Part shown: positions 28,422-37,887 of the stretch, piece by piece
Numbering within the stretch: the stretch's first letter is position 1
Layout of the letters: each line of letters starts with the position of its first letter
Origin: an uncultured Gemmatimonadales bacterium
GTDB taxonomy: Bacteria; Gemmatimonadota; Gemmatimonadetes; Gemmatimonadales; GWC2-71-9
Direction: 5' to 3'
NCBI GenBank assembly: GCA_963739455.1
Contig: CAVUAK010000001.1
Location: 416,001 to 480,000 of the forward strand
Length of the DNA stretch: 64,000 bases
The notes under the pieces: generated by a model
Told to the model about the DNA's origin: nothing
The model's database searches: none
What the model saw: only the letters and a program-made list of their open reading frames with translations
Position numbers and translations under genes: made by a program

Positions 28422-30027
28422 TCAGCCGGTAGTCTCCGGCCGGCGACGGTGCCGGCGCTCCGACAACCAGATGAGCCAGGCCGCCACCGCGGCGGCAACG
28501 AACCACCACACCAGCGACGCGCCGGGACGCTGCAGTGGCAGCCTGAACCGGGCATCGCCCACCAGCTCGAACGCGCCCCACGCCGATGGCCCGAGGCCAT
28601 CCCGCAGCAGCCGCAGCTTCGCCTCCCGCACCGCCGCACCTATGGCCATCCCCTCGGCGAGCGATTCGTACAGCGCGAGCACGTACCGGTCGGCCGCCGT
28701 GGTGGCGGAACCCCAGGAGCAGCGCACCACCGATCGCGCGCCAGCCTGGAACAGCGCCCGGGCCATTGCGGGCGCCGGTGGGCCCTGCAGGTCGGGCTCG
28801 TGGCGCAGGGGGCAGCCGGCAAGCAGCACCAGGGTGGGGCCCAGATCGCAGCTGGCCGAGCTCGTCGACGTCGAGCAGCCCATCCTCGCCGGGACTCGAC
28901 ACCATCTCCAGTGCGTCGCCCCCGTCGGCAATGCCCGTGGTCCGCATCGGTACGGCGAGGTGCACCGTGCCGGCACTCCGCAGGTCGGCGGTGCGAAGAA
29001 CAGCCTCGGTCGCGGCATGGGCCAGGTGCGCCTCGCCGCGTCGGGAGTAGCGGCTGATCTCGCGCGCCTGCGCCACCGCCGTCGCACCAGCCGCCCGGCT
29101 GCCCTCGCCGGAGTAGCCGAACGCGACGATGCGGATGCCGGCGCGAGGCACCGGGTTCGCCCACCACACGAGGGCCTGGCCGATGGAGGGCAGTACGCTG
29201 GTCTCGTAGGCCTCGATGAGGCGGCGATTGCTGGGAAGGGGCAGCACGTCGAACGGCAGCGCGCGCAGCGCGCCACCCGGTACGAAGGCGAGGTGCTTGA
29301 TGTCGCGAGGCAGGCGCTCGAGCAAGGGCAGGATCAGTTGCCGCGACAGCGCGTGAGCGTCACGCGGGGCATCCGACCCCCCAGCCAGGGCCATCCACAG
29401 TCGCGCGACCTGGGACGCCAGGGAATCACTCGTGTTGACCGGGACGGCGCGCAGGCCATCGCGAGTCGCGACCAGGAGCATCAGTCGCTGGGCCGATGGG
29501 GACATCACGTACGCCACCAGGGCCGTGCCCTCGGGAACGCGCGACGGATCGAACGCGGTCAGCGTGTCGAACGCCGGTCCGCGCGCGCCCAGGCGTGCCT
29601 CGCGCAGCAACTCGATCTGGAATGCCAGCGCTGGCTGCCCGGCGGTGGCCACGCGCTCCATGAGCTGCATGAGCCGCTCGTCGGAGGCCTCGTCAAACGA
29701 CAGCTCCCAGCCGGCACTGTCCGCCATCAAGCCCATCTCGACCCTGGCCCGGTCAACCATCACGCTCGCCGAGTCAGGCTGGCCCACGACGATGTAGGCC
29801 TCTGCCAGCCGCAGAAGCCGCTCGTGCAGGGCCAGGTGGGAGGTGGCTGGAAGGCCAGCGATCGAGGCGTCGAGCATGGTAATCGCCACCTCGCCATTGC
29901 CCCGGCCAAGGGCGTCCAGCGCCACCTGATACGAGAGCTCCGGATGCGCTACCGCCTCCCGCGCGGTCTGGGCCGATGCGGGTAGCGTTGCAAAAGACAG
30001 GAGGAGAACCGCCAGAAAGGGGCGCAT
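28422..30027 (-). CDS. CHAT-domain protein with signal peptide and C-terminal TM; frameshift at about 28848
   Basis: FVPGGALRALPFDVL, ATEA, DGLL, LVLLAGC, AGARSVV and WGAFELVG motifs. Confidence 0.75.
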
Positions 30028-30080
30028 CAGGGGAGGAAGGGGCAAGACCTGCACCTCCCTCCCCGGCGCCCCGGGGAACG

Positions 30081-31047
30081 TCAGGAACTGCGGAGCTTCT
30101 TGACCTCTTCGGTGAGCCGCGGGAGGACCTCGAACAGGTCGCCGACGATGCCGTAGTCGGCCACCTTGAAGATCGGTGCGTCCTTGTCGCGGTTGATCGC
30201 CACGATGGTGCGGGCCGTACGCATGCCGGCCAGGTGCTGGATGGCGCCCGAGATGCCCACGGCGATGTAAAGCTGGGGACTGACCGTCTTGCCCGTCTGG
30301 CCCACCTGCTCGCCATGATCGCGCCAGCCAGCATCCACGACAGCCCGGCTCGCACCGACGGCAGCATTCCCGAACGCCGCCGCGAGGTCCTCGAGCAGCT
30401 TGAAGTTCGCCGGCTCCTTGAGGCCACGGCCACCGGAAATGACGACCGACGCCTCGGTGACGTCGAGCACGGCAGCATCGGGCTTCTTGACGCCCTTCGA
30501 CACCGCGCGCGCGGTGAACGCCGGCACCGCCAGGGCGGAAACGGATCCCGCCTTGCCGCTCTCGACCGGATGGAAGGTGTTCGGGCGAACCGACACGACC
30601 GCCGTCTTGCCCGGTGAGCTTGCCGTGCTGCAGCACCTTGCCGGCATAGATCGGGCGAGTGACCGTCACGGCACTGCCATCGACGCCGAGTGCGGTGACA
30701 TCGGTGGCGCAGGAGACGCCGAGCCGCGCCGCGACTCGTGGCGCCAGGTCACGACCCATCGCGGTAGCCGCAAAGCACGATCGCACCGTACCCGGCGCCG
30801 ATCGACGCAATGGTGGCCGACGCGCCATCGGGCGAGTAGAGCGCGAAATCGGCGTGCGTTCCGTGCAGCACCTGGTCGGCGCCGAAGCCGCCGAGCTGGT
30901 CCATGCCGGCAACGCCGCCAGCGCCGAGCACGACGGCGTCAACGCTGCCGCCCGACAGGTCGGCAAGGCGCGCGCCGCGGCGATCACTTCGTGCGACACC
31001 TTCCGGAGCGCGCCATCGCGCTGCTCGGTAACCGCGAGAACCTTCAT
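30081..31047 (-). CDS. etfA: ETF alpha subunit; frameshifts at about 30965, 30775 and 30610
   Basis: [23 protein letters not shown] and [12 protein letters not shown] motifs. Confidence 0.92.
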
Positions 31048-31794
31048 AGGACCTTGGCCTCATTGCGCAGCAGCGCGAGCAGGGCAGGAACGGCGTCGGC
31101 GCCCTCGCCCACGATGCGCCCGGCCTGTCGCTCGGCGGGGAGTTCGAGGCTGGTGATCTCGAACGACGCAGCGTCGAGCGTGACCGGCTTCACGTCGAGC
31201 GGCTTCTTCTTCGCGGCCATGATGCCCTTGAGCGACGGCAGGCGCGGATTGTTGAGCCCCTTGTCGCAGGTGACCACGGCGGGAAGCGAGCAACCCATTA
31301 CTTCGACACCACCCTCGATCTCGCGCTCCGCCTCGATCGTGGTTCCGCTCAGCGTCATCTTCGCGGCGGCCGAGATGCAGGGCAGCCCGAGCAGTTCCGC
31401 GACCATGACACCGACCTGATGGTTGTAGTCGTCCACCGAGAGCTTGCCGAACAGGATGAGGTCGTACGCCCCTGCCCTGAGCTCTGCAGCAAGGGACGCG
31501 CGCGACCGACAGGCCGTCGGCAGAGCCCGGCGACTGCAGCAGCACGGCCCGATCGATTCCCATGGCCAGGGCGGTCCGCAGCGTCTCCTGGGACGTGTCG
31601 GTCCCGAGGGCAATCACGGTGGTCTCGCCGGAACCGGCCTGCTCCTTGAGGGCGATCGCCGCCTCGAGGGCAAACTCGTCATAGGGATTCGGGACGAACT
31701 TGACCCCCGCCTCGTCGATGGCGGTCTTGGACGCCCCGATCACGATCTTGGCGGTGGTGTCGGGCACCCGCTTGAGGCACACTGCGATCTTCAC
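31044..31794 (-). CDS. etfB: ETF beta subunit; frameshift at about 31500
   Basis: CLKRVPDT, NPYDEFALE, ALAMG and PRLPSLKGIMAAKKK motifs. Confidence 0.92.
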
Positions 31795-31915
31795 TGCACG
31801 CTCCGGCCTTGGTGTGTAGCTGCTACCCCTATGAGCGGCGCAAAGGTACATGCCCCCGGATGGGGGCGCTAGGGAGATTATCCGGTTGCCATAACTCATT
31901 ATATGACATGAATTT

Positions 31916-31951
31916 AACAAGACAGGGGCGATCCCGAAGGACCGCCCCTTT
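31916..31951 (-). terminator. Terminator-like hairpin with UUCG loop
   Basis: Minus strand AGGGGCGGTCC-TTCG-GGATCGCCCCT followed by GTCTTGTT. Confidence 0.7.
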
Positions 31952-31974
31952 CGCTTGCCGCTTGGCGCCTGCCG

Positions 31975-32172
31975 CTATGCCTGTCGCAGCAGGTGCTGGT
32001 CGAGCAGTTCCCGGTAGTCCCTCGCGGCATCCCAGGCGACGAGCCAGCTCGAGCGCTCCGGAGTGCCCGCGTCATAGGGGCAGCTATCGCCCGACAGGCC
32101 AGAAAAGAAGGCCTCGCGCCCCTGATGGCGGGCGCGCTCCAAGCTCAGGCTCTCCGGCTCTCTAGCAGGCAA
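31975..32172 (-). CDS. Ribosome modulation factor (Rmf/CrpP-fold)-like small protein
   Basis: LERARHQGREAFFSGLSGDSCPY...ERSSWLVAWDAA resembles RMF LERAHQRGYQAGIAGRSKEMCPY..RSQWLGGWREA; GGAG RBS before TTG. Confidence 0.7.
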   Translation of the reverse strand: MPAREPESLSLERARHQGREAFFSGLSGDSCPYDAGTPERSSWLVAWDAARDYRELLDQHLLRQA

Positions 32173-32216
32173 TGAAGGGCACTCCACGGGGAAGGGGCTC
32201 ACCGGCCACCTGCTCC

Positions 32217-32246
32217 AATGTGTCGCCCGGGCGTGCCTTCTGTCAA
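32217..32246 (-). promoter_or_regulatory. Sigma70-like promoter of the RMF-like gene
   Basis: TTGACA-N18-CACATT on the minus strand. Confidence 0.45.
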
Positions 32247-32303
32247 AGCCTTTTTACGCCGAGCCCCTCATTTCGCCCGAAGCCAGTCCGCAGGCACCCA
32301 CGC

Positions 32304-34476
32304 TCAGTCGCGATCGGGACCAAAGGCCCGGGTCACGATGAGCCGGAACTGTGGAGCATAGCCGGGCGTGAGGAAGCGCTCGATCGGCTGGCCAGGCGCG
32401 CCCTGGTTGATGTTGAAGGTGCCGAAGTTGGCGTACTTGGCATTGAAGACGTTGGTGACGATGCCGGAAATCTCCCAGAGACCAAGTTCATATCCGGCCC
32501 GCAGGTCGGCCACGAAGTAGTCCGGAAGTGGCGCCATGTTGTTCGCCTCGTCCTGCTGCAGGTACTGCTCGCCGATCCATCGCACGTCGAACCCGCCTCG
32601 AAGGCCGAACGGGAACCGCAGGTTGAGTCCCGCCTTGAACTGTGCCACCGGGACCAGCGGGATCACGTCGCCCGGCTCCACCGTGTTCTCGATGCCGAGT
32701 TCCGAGTCGTCGAGAATCGAGAAGATCGACGCCTCCGACTGGAATGTCGCCTTGGTATACGCGTAGTTCGCGTAGACTGAGTGCGGTCCGAATCCGTAGT
32801 TGGCTCCCAGCTCAACGCCAACGCGCCGCGTCTTGGCGATGTTGCCGAAGTAGCCCTGGATGGTCGACCCCTCGATCTCTTCCTGGGGACGGGAAGAGAA
32901 AGATGTCGTTCTTCACGTTGCTGTAGTACGCCGTGGCCGTCAGCGCGAGCGCACCAGTGTGATAACGTGCGCCACCCTCGAAGGTGCTCACCGTGACGGG
33001 GGCGATCGGCGGATCGTCGCCCAGTGCGAAGGGCAGCACACACGGCTCCTCGGGATCGGCGCACGCCACCTCGATGAGTGACGGGGCGCGGAACGACGTG
33101 CCCCACGAGGCGAACACCGAGAGCCCGCGGCCGGCGTTCACGTCCACGCCAATGCGCGGATCGAGCCGGCTGTAGGTCGAGGTCGTGTCTCGCGCGGGAT
33201 TCATCAGGTTGTGGAAGGGGATGCTGACGAACTCGTAGCGGGCGCCGCCCGAGACCGTGACGCGACCAGCGGTATAGTCGGCCAGGGCGAACCCGGCGAT
33301 GTCGGAGAGCGGGCTCTGCACGTCGGTCGTCAGCACGCTCACGCCGCCGAACTTGGTCGAGTCGGCGAAGAGCTGGATCTTGCTGGAGGCGGTGGAGCCG
33401 TCGATGCCGAAGCGGAGGCCCATGGCGCTCTTGCCTACGGGCACCGCGAAGCGGTAGTCGATCGTGCCGCCGAAGACGCTGTTCGTCGCTTCATTCTGCG
33501 TGTCAGGGTCATCCTGCTGGTTCGCGTTGAAGCGGCTCGCGTCGGTGTAGCGGTAGTAGAAGTTGAACGATGCACGGCCATCGCCCAGCTGCTTGTATCC
33601 GGCCAGCGCGGCCTGCAGGCCGTTCAGGTCTTCGTAGTCGCCGTCGGTGAGGTTGGAGTCCGGCTTCACCCGGAACACCGACTCCGGCAGCGAACCGGCG
33701 GTCTGGGCATACGAGTGCGAGAAGAAGAACTGCCCCCTGATACCCGACGTCTGCCCCAGCTTGCCGATGTTGGTGAAGCCCTGCCACTGGTCGGCATGCG
33801 TCGACTGCCGCCAGCCATTTTCATAGTTGTAGTTGCCGCCGACGTAGTAGTCGAGCCCGCTCTTCATGGTGGCGCCCACTGAGGCCTCGGCGCTGACCGA
33901 GCCGAATGTCCCACCCATCACCTCGATTTCGCCGGCCGGGGCTCCTTCGCCCCGCCGCGTTACCAGGTTGATGGACCCGCCGAGAGAGTTCCGGCCCAGC
34001 AGCGTGCCGTTACCGGAGAGGATCTCAACTCGCTTCAGGTGTTCCATCGGAAGGAGGTCGAAGTTGACCTCGGCGGCATCGGGTTCGTTCACGCGTACGC
34101 CGTCCACGAACACCGAGACGCCCTGCGGCGTGCCGACCACGGGCGACGCGTAGAAGCCGCGCGTGCTCACGTTCATCTTGTAGGGCGTGCCGAGGTTGTC
34201 GTAGTTCGACATGCCGGGCTGCTGCTGCAGCACGTCCGGCAGCACCTTGGGCTCCATCCCGTCCACCTTGGCCCAGTCGAGCTTGGTGGAAATGCCAGCG
34301 ATGCCGGACCCGATGTTGACGCCGGCGAAGGGAAGGATCGAGCCCACCACCTCGATGGGTGGCAGCAGGTAAGTGCTGTCTGCCCTCGTGCTGTCGGGAA
34401 CCTGGGCGCTTGCGAGGGTGGGGAGCGCAAGCGTCGCGAGAATGATGGGCGCAACCAGACGAAGGCGTCGGGCCAT
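32304..34476 (-). CDS. TonB-dependent receptor; frameshift at about 32885
   Basis: Signal peptide, TonB-box-like PPIEVVG, plug RVEILSG..LGGSINLVT, SFRAPS; the frame resumes at QEEIEGSTIQGYFGN. Confidence 0.88.
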
Positions 34477-34509
34477 GAAGTTGTTCCAGATGAGATGATG
34501 GAAAAACGG

Positions 34510-35109
34510 TTACCGGAGCGGCGCGGCAATGCCCCGTGGGTGCTGCTCATAGACGGCGGCGAGCACGACTGACTCGTCGGCTTCGCTCATGATCAGGACG
34601 CCATCATCGGCCGGCCCCTCGCCGTCGAGGTCGGCACAACAGATCCGCGTCGTCCGTGCATCGCTCTCACCGGACACCGCGGGCACCGACCCGCGAGCGA
34701 ACCGGACGAGATCGGCGGATGACAGCGTGCCGCTGCCATCCCGGTCTTCGTACAGGCGGAGTCGGCTGATCTGCCGACCACGGGCCTCCAGCACGAAGCC
34801 ATCGTCGGCGGTACCGCCTCCATCGAGATCCTGGCAACAGGAGTCGATCAGCACCGGCGGCCCCACCGCCTTCCAGGTGAGTACGCCGGCGCTCACCATC
34901 AGCACCAGCCCCGCGGCAACGCCCAGCATGGAACGCAACGCCGCCGAGCGCGACTGGCGCGGCCCGCCGCGCGGTGACTCACCGCGCCTCGCGCGTCCCG
35001 CGATTTCTGGCCCGAGCGACGCGCGCGGGCTGAAGGAGAGCCCGACGAGCAGCCGTTCCGTTTCGACGAAGTGAGGGTCGCCGCCCCGATCCGGATGCTC
35101 GCCGGTCAT
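34510..35109 (-). CDS. Putative anti-sigma factor with one TM and duplicated CC-x-DLDGxGxADDG motifs
   Basis: ATGA overlap with the ECF sigma; N-terminal helix, TM, acidic Cys-containing C-terminal domain. Confidence 0.7.
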   Translation of the reverse strand: MTGEHPDRGGDPHFVETERLLVGLSFSPRASLGPEIAGRARRGESPRGGPRQSRSAALRSMLGVAAGLVLMVSAGVLTWKAVGPPVLIDSCCQDLDGGGTADDGFVLEARGRQISRLRLYEDRDGSGTLSSADLVRFARGSVPAVSGESDARTTRICCADLDGEGPADDGVLIMSEADESVVLAAVYEQHPRGIAAPLR

Positions 35110-35651
35110 GTCATGTGCTCCCGGAGCCGCTCGAGCGCGCGCCACAGGCGCGTGCGCACGGTTCCCGCCGGCACTTCCAGGAGTTCCGCAAGTTCTGCAA
35201 TGTCGAGCTCGCCACCATAGCGCAGGCTCAGGAGCTCGCGATCATCGCTGCCCAGCGCGCCCATGGCCGTCATCGCGGCACCGACCTCTTCCCGCCGGAG
35301 CATCCGCTCCTCCGGAGAAGGCTCGTCCATCGCCAGGTCCCTGAGCTCGTCCACCCCCACCTGCCGGCGGACCCGGGCGCTCCGCCGCTCGTCGATGAGC
35401 ACGTTCCGGGCGATCGTCAGCAGCCAGGTCTGCACCTGCGCCCGGGACGGGTCATAGCGGTCCGCGGCCCGCACCGCGCGGAGGAACGTCTCCGCGGTGA
35501 AGTCCTCGGCGTCGTCGGGCGGCACCAGCTGGAACCGGAAGTAGTTGTAGACGGCCTTCCCGTGCGCCTCGTACCAGGCAGCACAAGGATCGACTTGGAC
35601 GTGGGGAACGTCCAAGTCGTTGTGCTTCACGGGGTTCTGGGGAGGGCTCAT
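35106..35651 (-). CDS. ECF sigma-70 factor (start uncertain)
   Basis: DAEDFTAETFLRA, TWLLTIARN and ELAELLEVPAGTVRTRLWRA motifs. Confidence 0.92.
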   Translation of the reverse strand: MSPPQNPVKHNDLDVPHVQVDPCAAWYEAHGKAVYNYFRFQLVPPDDAEDFTAETFLRAVRAADRYDPSRAQVQTWLLTIARNVLIDERRSARVRRQVGVDELRDLAMDEPSPEERMLRREEVGAAMTAMGALGSDDRELLSLRYGGELDIAELAELLEVPAGTVRTRLWRALERLREHMT

Positions 35652-35704
35652 CAGGTTACACCAATTATACGGAGCAAGGCGCCAGTCGTCACACTTTGGA
35701 TTTC

Positions 35705-35914
35705 CTACGTCTTGAGGCCGAGCAAGGCCGTCAAGAAAACGAAGATCAGGAGGACGACGCACGCCACGGCCGCCACGCCAACCGCCAGCCACCGGGCGCT
35801 CGGCCGACGGGGCGGAAACTCCAGCTCCCGCTGACCCGGCCGAAGTGCGCCGGGGGGTTCGAATCGGAGCGTCAGCAGAAGGCGCTCGACATCGGTGATG
35901 GAATGCATGCCCAT
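35705..35914 (-). CDS. Small membrane protein resembling the anti-sigma N-terminus
   Basis: DVERLLLTLRFEPPGALRP versus ETERLLVGLSFSPRASLGP; C-terminal TM; GAGG RBS. Confidence 0.6.
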   Translation of the reverse strand: MGMHSITDVERLLLTLRFEPPGALRPGQRELEFPPRRPSARWLAVGVAAVACVVLLIFVFLTALLGLKT

Positions 35915-35949
35915 GCCCTCTGATACGACCGACGGCCGGGGCCATCACT

Positions 35950-37107
35950 CTACTGCACCGGACAGCCCGGCGAGACCCACGCCACCGCCCGGCGGTCGGT
36001 GGAGCCGCCGGCAAGTGCCCACCCGACGATCACGCCGCACTGGTTGATCCCGGCGTTGGTCGGTTCCGCCCGGTCGCCACCCAGCGTTGGCAGCGCGGTG
36101 AACTGCCGGTCCGTCTCCAGCATGTAGGTGGCAACCGGCTGGCTCGTCATGACGACGCCCTCGACATCGGAGGACTGGCTGCTGCCTGCCACCAGGCCGG
36201 CGTCGTTGATCGCGCGAGCGGTGACCCCGTTGTCGCCTTCTGCCGGCTCACCCAGCGCCACCATGCCCCGGGTGGACGAATACCGGAACGCCCGGAGCAT
36301 TCCATCCTCGTCTTCACTCCCGCCCACCGTCACGCCGTTGCTGTTGAGGCCGTTAGCCTCTGATTCTCCCGGCGCCGCCGCAGCATCATCGTCGTCGTCA
36401 TCATCGTCGCCACCACCGGCCAGCGACCCCAGGAAGACGAAGCCGGACTCGTCGGTCCAGCGATAGCCTGCCTCCAGTTCCTCGGCGTTCCCCGCGAACA
36501 TGCCGTCGTCGTTGATCTGCGTCGGCTCGTAGCTCTCCCGCACCGTGGGGTTCATGTCCTGGATCGAACCATCCGGCAGCCAGAGGACGACCCATTCGTC
36601 CGCGGAAACGAACCCGGCAATGGTGCCCTCGTTGTTGATGGAGCGCGCCCGGCCGCGGTCGGTGTCCTCGAGGAGCTCCAAAAGCACCGGCTCAGAAGTC
36701 GGCGTGTCCCACCGGCAGGGCTTCTCGATGCCTTCGATGCGCACCGATCCCACGATGACGCCGTTGTCGTTGATGTCGTACGCGTTGCTGCGCGTGGTGC
36801 CCTCGGGCTCCAGCAGTTGAATGGCCGTTCCGCCCTGGAAGTAGACGGCACGCTGGGCACCCCCCGCATCGGTGGCGTAGCCCACCGCCAGGCCGGCCTC
36901 ATTGATGGCATACGCCTGGCTGGCGGTGCCGCCCGCCAGGAGGCCAAGCTGCTGGATGGTGTAGGCCGGAATCTCCGCGGGCTCGTCGTCATGTCCGGCA
37001 GGCAGGCTGCAGGATGCGACGATGATTGCCACCGCCGGTGCGACCAGTCGGTACAGCGTCCGCTTTCCCCGCGCGATCCTGAGCATCGTGTCCCCATCTC
37101 CTGGCAT
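35950..37107 (-). CDS. HAF-repeat extracellular lipoprotein, very acidic (start uncertain)
   Basis: VASC lipobox; repeats S.AYAINEAG.AVG, AYDINDNGVIVG and ARAINDAGLVAG; D8 tract. Confidence 0.8.
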   Translation of the reverse strand: MPGDGDTMLRIARGKRTLYRLVAPAVAIIVASCSLPAGHDDEPAEIPAYTIQQLGLLAGGTASQAYAINEAGLAVGYATDAGGAQRAVYFQGGTAIQLLEPEGTTRSNAYDINDNGVIVGSVRIEGIEKPCRWDTPTSEPVLLELLEDTDRGRARSINNEGTIAGFVSADEWVVLWLPDGSIQDMNPTVRESYEPTQINDDGMFAGNAEELEAGYRWTDESGFVFLGSLAGGGDDDDDDDDAAAAPGESEANGLNSNGVTVGGSEDEDGMLRAFRYSSTRGMVALGEPAEGDNGVTARAINDAGLVAGSSQSSDVEGVVMTSQPVATYMLETDRQFTALPTLGGDRAEPTNAGINQCGVIVGWALAGGSTDRRAVAWVSPGCPVQ

Positions 37108-37371
37108 CGGGTTTCCAGCCCTGTTCGGGCCCTCGGCATGCGCCGCTATCCACCCCTGGGGGCGGGCAGCGCCGTCGACAATATGGATTTCAGGGCGTTT
37201 TCGTGGCCTACTGGGGCCATATACGGATGAGCACCGCGCGCGTCACGCATGCTGCGCGACGGCTGCGATGGACTTCAGTCAGGATTCAGGCAGGAACGAT
37301 GAATCTGTGAGGTGGGACGCACCTGCCGGAAGAATCTGGCTGGGCGCCGGTCATGACATGGCTCGCGGTGG

Positions 37372-37854
37372 CTACTCCCTGACTGTAAGCGTTGGCGACG
37401 TCAGTTCGGTCAACGCATCCGAGGCGTCGGAAGCGAAATAGGACAGGGTATAGCGATAGCTCCCCGCATGCGACGGTACCACCCCGTACATGACCGACAC
37501 TTCTTCCCCGGGCGGGACGGTCGTCCCGATGTCGCGCCGGGCCGGGCCGCACGCGGGGCGCGGCACCACGCCCTCCGTCAGCAGGGCCCAGCCCCCTCCC
37601 ACCTGCTGCTTCAGGATCGAGAACCCGACCACAATGAAAAGGCCTGGGGTCTCCGCTACCGCGCACTTCGCCACAACAATGGCGGCGCTGGTGTTGTTCC
37701 GTACCAGCAGTTCGGTCGCATGTGGCACCTGCGTTACGACGTCGGTGGTCCTGTCGGCACGGAGCGAGACGCCCTCGGGGACTGCAGGGTCACCACCGCA
37801 CGCAACGACCCCCAGCATCACCCCGGTAAGGGCCATGCCAATTCGATTTCGCAC
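37372..37854 (-). CDS. Hypothetical lipoprotein
   Basis: AAGGAG RBS; VVAC lipobox. Confidence 0.7.
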   Translation of the reverse strand: MRNRIGMALTGVMLGVVACGGDPAVPEGVSLRADRTTDVVTQVPHATELLVRNNTSAAIVVAKCAVAETPGLFIVVGFSILKQQVGGGWALLTEGVVPRPACGPARRDIGTTVPPGEEVSVMYGVVPSHAGSYRYTLSYFASDASDALTELTSPTLTVRE

Positions 37855-37887
37855 TGCTTCTCCTTACGCCGGAATGCCTTGCAGCGG

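Noticed and set aside
28345..31047. 900-aa EtfA-CHAT fusion ORF
   Set aside because: Produced by the etfA frameshifts; etfA ends at 30081 and the CHAT gene has its own signal peptide at 30027
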